From NCBI GenBank assembly GCA_041619515.1, contig JBFKDW010000017.1, positions 1 through 44,670 of the forward strand: a DNA stretch of 44,670 nucleotides, in the 5' to 3' direction. Each line of letters begins with the position of its first letter. Within the stretch, counting starts at the first letter, position 1. This DNA is from Acidimicrobiia bacterium (GTDB lineage Bacteria; Actinomycetota; Acidimicrobiia; Spongiisociales; SHLN01). Under the pieces are notes generated by a model. The model searched no databases. It was given only the letters and a program-made list of their open reading frames with translations, and was not told where the DNA came from. This document shows positions 35,206-42,502 of the stretch, one piece after another. The position numbers were made by a program, and so were the translations under genes.

Positions 35206-36282
35206 ATGGTCCGGAAATTGTCTTTGTTGTTGGCAACGACGCTGGTGATCGCAGCCTGTGGCGGCGGCGAGGCGGCCGGGCCGGATCCCGACCCCACCCT
35301 GCCCACGACGGTGATGTTCACCGGCCAGCCGCCCACCCCCGACTTCGGTCCCCCCGGGCCGGGATTGGATCCGGTGTGGATCCTGGGACCGGCCTATGTC
35401 CATACCGTCGACTTCACATTGCTGGGGGAGGGCCGGGCGCGATTCACGCTCACAGGTGAGCTGCCCACCCCTTGTCACCATGTCCGAAGCGAGCTGCTCA
35501 GTCCCGGAAGTGAGTTCTTCCTCGATCTGGAGGTCTGGTCGCGGGCCGACGCCGAGGCAGTGTGCGCTCAGGTGCTGACACCGTTCGAAGACGCCGTCGA
35601 GGTAGCGGGCCTGCGAGAGGGGGCCTACTCGGTGCGAAATGGCGGCAAGCAGTTCATGACCGTGCACGTCCCTGCCGCCATGGCTGCGCACGACTGCGAC
35701 GACGAGGTGCCGCCGATTGATCCCTTCGAGGGAATCTTCCCGGCCACCGACTGGTCCGAGTACGAGCGGATCGCCGGCGAGGTCGCGGCGGGTCATCAGC
35801 CATTTCTGCTCGACCCGGTGGAAGCCGCCGCCGCCTACCTCCGGCAGGTATACGGCGAGGCCCCGGGTGACCTCACGTTCACGGCGCTCGAAGGCGCCGC
35901 CGGTGAGGTCGTGTGGCCGGGAGGGCGGGTCGTCCTGTGGCGGTACGCCGAAGACGGTCCCTGGATGGTCACCGGCCTGGAATCCGCGGCGGCCGATGTC
36001 TCGATCAGCGACTACAGCGGCGGCGTCGTCTACGTCGGCGTTGTCCCCCACCAGGCCGGTCGGGTGCTGGTCAGGGCCGGGGCCTTCGCTTCTGAGTGGG
36101 CAGCCGAGTTCCAGGAGGACGCCGTCGTCGGAGAGACCATCGAAGGCGAGTTGCGCCTGGGGACCGATGAGAACCCGGGTCCCGGGCGGATCCTCGTTGA
36201 GGTTCGGGTCATCGCCGACGACGGGCAGGAATCGATCGCCCGCTTCGGCGTGAATCTCACCAACATCGTGTACGACGATTAG
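35206..36282 (+). CDS. Putative lipoprotein
   Basis: MVRKLSLLLATTLVIAAC lipobox; G.LPTPC...CAQVL.PF domain; second domain with GHQPFLLDP. Confidence 0.72.
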   Translation: MVRKLSLLLATTLVIAACGGGEAAGPDPDPTLPTTVMFTGQPPTPDFGPPGPGLDPVWILGPAYVHTVDFTLLGEGRARFTLTGELPTPCHHVRSELLSPGSEFFLDLEVWSRADAEAVCAQVLTPFEDAVEVAGLREGAYSVRNGGKQFMTVHVPAAMAAHDCDDEVPPIDPFEGIFPATDWSEYERIAGEVAAGHQPFLLDPVEAAAAYLRQVYGEAPGDLTFTALEGAAGEVVWPGGRVVLWRYAEDGPWMVTGLESAAADVSISDYSGGVVYVGVVPHQAGRVLVRAGAFASEWAAEFQEDAVVGETIEGELRLGTDENPGPGRILVEVRVIADDGQESIARFGVNLTNIVYDD

Positions 36283-36291
36283 GGCCAGCCG

Positions 36292-37128
36292 ATGAACCGC
36301 TCAATCATCAGATCAATAGCCGCCGCGGCGGTGATGGCACTCATCACCGCCGCATGCGGCTCCGAGGCCATTGCCAAGCCGGCGACGCCAACGTTGCTCG
36401 TGCTGGTCGACGGCCGCGGCCCCGGCCTCTATCACCCGTTCGATCTGCTCCAACCGCATGTGCCGCGGCTGGCGCTGTACAGCGATGGACGGCTGGTCAT
36501 GGTCGATGAGACCGACGAGGTCCACGCCTCGTACACGATCGCCCGGGTGCGGGAGGGGGCGCTCGCCGATGTGCTGACTGCGGCGACCGCCGCCGGACTG
36601 TCCGGTCCCGATCGCGACCTCGGCTTTGCCGGCGTGGCAGGCGCAACGACTGCGGTGGTCACGGTGTACTACCCCGCTGGTCCCCACACCACCACGGCCG
36701 ACGGGTACTGGGATGGGCTCGACGACGGGTCCCTGTCCGAAGCGGACAGAGATGCCCGCGCCGCCCTCGGTGACTTCCTCGATCGGCTCATCCGGCCGGG
36801 GGATTGGTGGCTGGAGGGTGAGCAGGCCGAGCCATATGTCCCCGGTGACTGGGCGGCCGTTTGGTCGGAAGTCGACGAGGTCGACGAGCTTCCTTTCGAG
36901 CCGACCGTTCGGCCATGGATCCTGGAGGCGGCACTGGGTGGATGGGGGCAACCGGTGAGCGAAGCACGCCCGGCCCGCTGCGCGGTGCTCGACGACGTCA
37001 CCGCTGCCCGCATCCTCGCCCAGCTGCGGCCCGAGACCGTGTGGGAGAGCGAGGGGGAAACCTATTACGTGTACCTCCGGCCGCTGCTGCCCCACGAGCT
37101 GACGGACTGTGCAACTGCCTCGCGGTAG
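36292..37128 (+). CDS. Putative lipoprotein
   Basis: MNRSIIRSIAAAAVMALITAAC lipobox; P.LALYSDGRLV; C-terminal RPLLP.E...C. Confidence 0.72.
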   Translation: MNRSIIRSIAAAAVMALITAACGSEAIAKPATPTLLVLVDGRGPGLYHPFDLLQPHVPRLALYSDGRLVMVDETDEVHASYTIARVREGALADVLTAATAAGLSGPDRDLGFAGVAGATTAVVTVYYPAGPHTTTADGYWDGLDDGSLSEADRDARAALGDFLDRLIRPGDWWLEGEQAEPYVPGDWAAVWSEVDEVDELPFEPTVRPWILEAALGGWGQPVSEARPARCAVLDDVTAARILAQLRPETVWESEGETYYVYLRPLLPHELTDCATASR

Positions 37129-37155
37129 CGGGCGCTTCGCCCTAATCTGCGGTCC

Positions 37156-38871
37156 CTAGGGAAGCTTGAAGGCGGCCGGGAGGTGCTCGTCGACCATGAG
37201 GGCGGCACTGTGACGCCCTAGCTCGGTGAGATCGTCCATGTTGGCCGGCCGGTCCATTTCGCCCAGCTCCCTGAGTCGCTTGGCGGAGATCTCCCGGCCG
37301 AGCTGCTCCTTGATCCAGCCGGGGGTGAGCTCGACGTTGTAGCGGCGGTAGGTGATGACCGGCTGCCCACCCAGCAGGTCCCCGGCCAGATCACCGATGT
37401 CGCCGTCGATCGCCCGGGCCGTGGGACCGTCCGACAGCCACTGCATGACCGTCTCGATGAGACTGCTGCAGTCGTTCATGATTGAGGTGAGCGCCACCAG
37501 CGCGTGCTTGCCGGCCATCCGCGACGGCATCGAGGACGGGTCGGCCGTCCCGGTGCCGCACGAGACGATCAGCAGCCGGTGCTGACCGGTCGGCCAGCCG
37601 ATGCCGAAATTCCCGAGCGTCACCAGCTTGAGTGCTTCGAAAGCAGGGTTGTTTGCCGTGCTGACCCCACCATCGACGAAGTTCCCCGGGATCCCGGGGT
37701 TGACTTCGATCAGCTCCGGGCCGAAGTAGTGGGGAGCGGCGGTGCTGGCTCGCACCACCTTCCGCAGCTTGTAGTCGGCGTTTGCCCGGCTGGTCGAGCC
37801 CGGTCGCTGGTGAAAATAGGTGGCGCGTGGATTGTTCGAAACCGGCCATTGGCTCCCTGTGTCGAGCCGCTTGGTCACTACCAGCAGACCGGTCAGCAAG
37901 TCGGGGCTGCCCATGGTCATGTCGTCGAAAAGCTCCTCGAGGGCCTTTTCGAGAGCAGTCGCGTCGAACTTGGCCCGGAACACGCCCCATCTCCGCCACG
38001 ACCGCCGGAACACGCTGTCGGCCAGCCGACGGTACTTCTCCTCGATCTCCGAGGCGTACATGCCGAGGGCCAGGCCGGCCGCAATGATGGAGCCGGTGGA
38101 GGTGCCGGCAATGAGGTCGAAGTAGTCGCTCAGCCGCAGCCCGGGCTTCCTGTGCTGATCCTGCAGGATCTTCTCGAGCCGCTTGAGGTACTGGAGGGTG
38201 AGGATTCCGCGCACGCCGCCACCGTCCAGGCTGAGGATTCGTTTGGCTCCCCCGCTACGTGCGAGGTGGACGTCGCGAGGGAACGGCTGGATCGTGGTCG
38301 GGTTGATGATCGCGGAGTGGTCGGGCTGGAGCATGCCGGCGGCCGCGGCTGCCAGGTCGGAAGTGCCCCCCGGCCCGTCGCCGCTCGGAAGTTCGTCCCA
38401 CACCAGCAGGATGAACAGCTTGCCGGCACCGCCGGCTTCGGCGCGGGCGGCTTCGAGCAGCCACCGGTTGTTGCGGGCGTAGGGGCTTTCGCCGGCGGGG
38501 AGGGCGCCCAGCTCGTCGGTCTGGAGTCGGACCTCGGCATGGGCGATCAGCCGGTGGAAGCGGCGCTCCCAATCCGACCCGGGCAGCCGAACCGACTCCT
38601 CCACGAAATCGTCGGTGTTCGACGGCAGCAACACCTGTACCCGGGCGCCGCGCCCTGAGCAGATCTCCGCAAAAATGAGGTCGGCGCCGCGCGCCCCCCC
38701 ACACAGGGCGGTGTCACCTGCCCCGACCCCCCACTCGTCAAGCTGGGCCGCCATGCGCGCCCGCACCGCCTCTTCCTTGACCGGGGGAAAGCGGGCCGCC
38801 GCTCGGTCGGGGGCGTCGACCATATGCCCGCTGCACAGAAACACGCGCCCTGTCGGGTGCGGTCCGGCCAT
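37156..38871 (-). CDS. Patatin-like phospholipase with N-terminal SLOG-like (YpsA/DprA-fold) domain
   Basis: Patatin motifs ILSLDGGGVRG, FDLIAGTSTG (GxSxG), VRASTAAP.YF and FVDGG..NNP. The N-terminal ~195 aa has SGH, GGARGAD...E, VLLP, Y..NN.WLL and LVWD...GPGGT. Start ATG 38871 follows ggaaagggg; ATG 38931 is also possible. Confidence 0.82.
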   Translation of the reverse strand: MAGPHPTGRVFLCSGHMVDAPDRAAARFPPVKEEAVRARMAAQLDEWGVGAGDTALCGGARGADLIFAEICSGRGARVQVLLPSNTDDFVEESVRLPGSDWERRFHRLIAHAEVRLQTDELGALPAGESPYARNNRWLLEAARAEAGGAGKLFILLVWDELPSGDGPGGTSDLAAAAAGMLQPDHSAIINPTTIQPFPRDVHLARSGGAKRILSLDGGGVRGILTLQYLKRLEKILQDQHRKPGLRLSDYFDLIAGTSTGSIIAAGLALGMYASEIEEKYRRLADSVFRRSWRRWGVFRAKFDATALEKALEELFDDMTMGSPDLLTGLLVVTKRLDTGSQWPVSNNPRATYFHQRPGSTSRANADYKLRKVVRASTAAPHYFGPELIEVNPGIPGNFVDGGVSTANNPAFEALKLVTLGNFGIGWPTGQHRLLIVSCGTGTADPSSMPSRMAGKHALVALTSIMNDCSSLIETVMQWLSDGPTARAIDGDIGDLAGDLLGGQPVITYRRYNVELTPGWIKEQLGREISAKRLRELGEMDRPANMDDLTELGRHSAALMVDEHLPAAFKLP

Positions 38872-39061
38872 TGTGCCCCTTTCCTGTCCCTCCCGCCGTG
38901 TCGGGCATGGTACTGCCGGCGCGGGCTCCACCGGGGGGCGCTCGATCCGAGGGCGGCAGCGCCGAGCTGGGCATAGATGTCAGGCCGTGGTGTAGGGTCG
39001 GAAGCAGGGCTGCACGGCAAGATCCGTGGCGGCGGAAGGGTTCTCAAGGGAAGGGGTCACC

Positions 39062-41329
39062 ATGGGACTCGGTCATTTCACTCCGCCGGCGCTTCCCGGC
39101 CAGCCGGCCGAGTTGGACCTCGTGGTTTCGTTCCGCTACAACGCCACCGACGTTCAGAAGAACGATTGGAGGAACTTGCTGGAGTGGGCCTCCAACATGC
39201 TGTTCGAGGCGACCGAGGGCCAGGTGCGGCTCGGCAAGATCGTCTACGGCAACAACCTGGCCGCTGAGAAAGCAGCCGACATCTGGCTGCACGACACGTC
39301 GATCACGGCGAGCGCCCACTCGGGCGGCGTCGGGCTCGGAGCCTGGGAGGTTCACATCGAGCTCGGCCTCGACACCCTCGGCCAACCCGGTGCTCCACCC
39401 CAGGCGGGCAAGCCGGGGCAGGCGGTGCACGAGCTCGGCCATCATGCCCTCGGCCTGGGAGAAGAGTACGACCCGCACTGCATGCCCGACCTGGCCACCG
39501 CCGAAGCGGCTGGTGCGTGCATCATGCAGTACGGGTCGAGGAGCATCGAGCGGAACCTGGACGGGTCGGCCTCGTGGTCTCCGTTCGCCCCGCCGATCAC
39601 CGAGTTCTGCCACGGCAACCATGAGACCGCCGGGGTGACGCACCAGAGCCTCATCAACAACGGCCAGTCCTGTGCGGAGACCGTCGTCTACAGCAATGTC
39701 GCCGCCATGACTCCCCGCTACCCCGGCGCGGCGCCATTCGCCGATCCACCCGTCCCAGCCTCTACGGCGGCGGTCCCGGCGAAGCACTCGATCGGATGGC
39801 TCGAGCTCGACCGCCAAGCGCGGTTTGCGCTGGTACTGGACGTCTCGGCCAGCATGCAGGCCCGGAGGGCAATCGACGGCGTGAAGTACGGAGCCGACTT
39901 CTGGGTCGACCTCGAGGTTCTGCTCGGCAGCCAGCTCGCGATTGTCTCCTACGCAACCACGGCCGCTCCGGTGTTCGGCTTGGCCCCGGTCACCCAGGTA
40001 GCCGCCACGGCGATACACACCTCCATCGGCAACCTTGCCGCCACCGGGTTCTCCACGAATATCCGAGCCGGGCTGCAGGCCGGTGAGGCGCAGGTGACGC
40101 CGGCCGGTGCCCCGGCCGCCGACCAGATCGTCATTCTGTTCTCCGATGGGCGGCACAACGAGGGTCCCTGGCTCACCGACACCCAGCTGGCCAATCTCGA
40201 CGCCCCGGTCTACACGCTCGGGTTCGGAAACGCCGACCAGGCACTGCTGCAAAACGTCGCCACTCAAACCATGGGCGAATTCGAGATGATCGACGATCCC
40301 GGGGACCAGCCTGATGCCCATCTGGAGATCGTCACGGTGTTGTGTGCGATTGCCGCCAAAGCTCACAGCGGTCTGGTTTCGTTTCGGCGCGCGGTCCTGC
40401 CGGCGCCAATCCGACTCTGGCAGCTGCTGCGGCGCACGCTGCTGCGGAGAGGGGCTCGGGCCGGACGTGACCCGTCGCTACCTCGCTACAGCGGCCCCGA
40501 CCTGGCCGCGGTCGGTGCCATCAACCTGCGGTCCTGGGCGTCGCCGAGCGGCTTCGACCTCCCATCCCCGATCGAGGAGGGGTCGGTGCGGGCGACGTTC
40601 GTCATGACGCATCGGGCCGAGACGGCCGTCGACCTGTATCTGTTTCGGCCCAATGGTCAGATCGTCGGCCCGGGCGATCCCGACGTCGACATTGTCGCCC
40701 CGCCGGGAATGCCCTACGCCTTCTATGTGATCACCCTTCCTGCGCCTGGAGTGTGGCGGATGCGAGCGGTGCGCGGCCAGCCCGACGGATCCCTCCATGT
40801 CACGATGTTTGCGTTCAGCGAGAACCCGCACATCACCGTCGGCCTCACCGGCACCTCACGGGTGTATGCGGTGGACGAGCCGGTGAGGCTCAACGCCCAG
40901 ATATCAAACCGCTTCCAACTGACCGGTGTTTCGGCCGGCCTCACCCGGCCGCGTCGGGCCGACCGATCCAGTCCGCTGTGCCGATGGCTGAGCCGGTTCG
41001 CCGTCGTCAGGTGGCTGCTGCGGATCTGGCGGTGGCTACAGCGCCTGCTCGGGATCGGCCGGCGGCCACCCCAGCCCTTCACGGAGGAGCGGGTGGGCAA
41101 GGGATGGTATGGGCTCACGCTGCCGGGGTTCCCCAGCCCCGGGTCGTACGATTTCATCGCCGAGTTTGCCAGTGATGGAAGCGCCACCCAAGCGCTCGAC
41201 GAGGGCTTGGCGGATCAGGCCGGCATCCCGCTGCCGGTTCCGTACCAGCCGCCGGAATTCCGCAGGCTGAAACGTTTTCAGATTCATGTGGGTGACCCCG
41301 GACTTCCGATCGGCGAGGACACGGACTAG
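39062..41329 (+). CDS. CLCA-like zinc metallopeptidase with vWA and beta-sandwich domains
   Basis: ASNMLFEATEG, HELGH...LGEEYD (HExxH...E), CIMQY...ITEFC..NH...Q......SC.E; vWA LVLDVSASM (DxSxS), STNI..GL, ILFSDG..N, VYTLGFG; DLYL.RP.G...P.PG.W. Confidence 0.8.
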   Translation: MGLGHFTPPALPGQPAELDLVVSFRYNATDVQKNDWRNLLEWASNMLFEATEGQVRLGKIVYGNNLAAEKAADIWLHDTSITASAHSGGVGLGAWEVHIELGLDTLGQPGAPPQAGKPGQAVHELGHHALGLGEEYDPHCMPDLATAEAAGACIMQYGSRSIERNLDGSASWSPFAPPITEFCHGNHETAGVTHQSLINNGQSCAETVVYSNVAAMTPRYPGAAPFADPPVPASTAAVPAKHSIGWLELDRQARFALVLDVSASMQARRAIDGVKYGADFWVDLEVLLGSQLAIVSYATTAAPVFGLAPVTQVAATAIHTSIGNLAATGFSTNIRAGLQAGEAQVTPAGAPAADQIVILFSDGRHNEGPWLTDTQLANLDAPVYTLGFGNADQALLQNVATQTMGEFEMIDDPGDQPDAHLEIVTVLCAIAAKAHSGLVSFRRAVLPAPIRLWQLLRRTLLRRGARAGRDPSLPRYSGPDLAAVGAINLRSWASPSGFDLPSPIEEGSVRATFVMTHRAETAVDLYLFRPNGQIVGPGDPDVDIVAPPGMPYAFYVITLPAPGVWRMRAVRGQPDGSLHVTMFAFSENPHITVGLTGTSRVYAVDEPVRLNAQISNRFQLTGVSAGLTRPRRADRSSPLCRWLSRFAVVRWLLRIWRWLQRLLGIGRRPPQPFTEERVGKGWYGLTLPGFPSPGSYDFIAEFASDGSATQALDEGLADQAGIPLPVPYQPPEFRRLKRFQIHVGDPGLPIGEDTD

Positions 41330-41334
41330 CGCAG

Positions 41335-42447
41335 TCACGATCCGGAGTAACGGATCGTGAAGTCACTGTTGAGATCTCTCGTGAACTCGAGGTTCCGCGT
41401 CGGTATCCGGCTGCACGACCCTGCCGGAGAGCCGTCATCCGCAAAGGTGGCGATGACGAAGGCCAGGACGCCCGGCTCTCCCGGCGCCGGGCTTCCGCCC
41501 ACGGCGCTGAACCCTCCGGGGAATTCGTCCTGGCAGTCGATCCGCAGCGGCTTTGCCAGCTGCACGTTGGCGGTGGTGAGGTTGACTGTGGGCGTGAAGG
41601 CTTTTCCATCGATTCTGATACCCGCCGAGGTGTCGAACACCATCGTCAGCGAATGGGGGGCTCCGTCGTAGGCGAGGCTGGTTGGAATCGGAGGGTTGAA
41701 GTAGGTCCCCGGGGCCGTGCCCTGACGGGATCCCATCCCGGTGGCGGTGAAGAAGAATTCGCCTATGGCCGCAACGTCGAATCCATCGCCTCCGCCGACC
41801 AAACAGGTGGTCGTCCCGTTCGGCGGAATGGGCCCAGCCACGGTGCAGACGTCTGTGCCGAGCGGACCGGGGTCGGGCGCGGTCCCGGCAACCTCGACGT
41901 CGACGAGCGTGCCGAGCGAGTCGAGGTTGTCGATCGTGAATTGAATCCAGAACTTCCCCGGCTTCAGCGTGGGGACTTCTGACCGATGGCCCGCCAGCTG
42001 CCACGGACCGTTCGGGCTGTTTGCAACCCGAGCGAGGATCCGGAATTCGGGGTCGACTCCCGACGCGAACGCGAAAACACCCTCTGCAATCACGGCGGGA
42101 AGCGGCACGGTGGTAGTGGTGGTGGTTGCCGGACGGGTCGTGGTCGTGGTGGTGGCGGTGGTGGTGCTGGTTGTCGTTGTGCCCGCAGGCGGGGCCGTGG
42201 TGGGAGGAGGGTCGTCGCCGTCTCCGTCACCGTTGCCGTCACTGGTCCCATCGCCGGTGATTGTGGGAGGTGCCGGGCCGCCGGTGGTGGTCGGATCGCC
42301 GTCGAGGGTGGGCGGTGGCACCGTTCCGGTAGCCGATGTCGGAGCAGGGCGAGAGCTCGAGGTCGTCTCACCGGTCGAGTCGCCACAGGCAGTGCCGATG
42401 AGGACGAGGACCATAGCCAGGGCCGCGAGCCGGATGGTTGTGCTCAT
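41335..42447 (-). CDS. Putative lipoprotein with Thr/Pro-rich linker
   Basis: MSTTIRLAALAMVLVLIGTAC lipobox, long T/P/GD low-complexity stalk, then a beta-rich region with four Cys. 55 bp separate it from the upstream TIR gene. Confidence 0.75.
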   Translation of the reverse strand: MSTTIRLAALAMVLVLIGTACGDSTGETTSSSRPAPTSATGTVPPPTLDGDPTTTGGPAPPTITGDGTSDGNGDGDGDDPPPTTAPPAGTTTTSTTTATTTTTTRPATTTTTTVPLPAVIAEGVFAFASGVDPEFRILARVANSPNGPWQLAGHRSEVPTLKPGKFWIQFTIDNLDSLGTLVDVEVAGTAPDPGPLGTDVCTVAGPIPPNGTTTCLVGGGDGFDVAAIGEFFFTATGMGSRQGTAPGTYFNPPIPTSLAYDGAPHSLTMVFDTSAGIRIDGKAFTPTVNLTTANVQLAKPLRIDCQDEFPGGFSAVGGSPAPGEPGVLAFVIATFADDGSPAGSCSRIPTRNLEFTRDLNSDFTIRYSGS

Positions 42448-42502
42448 GGCATTACCCCTTGTGCGCGTCCGCCCTTTCTGAGTCTACGCAAGCTCCCAGA
42501 AG

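Noticed and set aside
37156..38871. Canonical CBASS locus (CapV-like patatin)
   Set aside because: No CD-NTase, Cap2/Cap3 or HORMA/TRIP13 gene is recognisable in the window.
42100..42380. Low-complexity GGT/ACC-rich tract (similar at 19200-19310)
   Set aside because: It encodes ordinary Thr/Pro-rich linkers of surface proteins and is not an independent DNA element.
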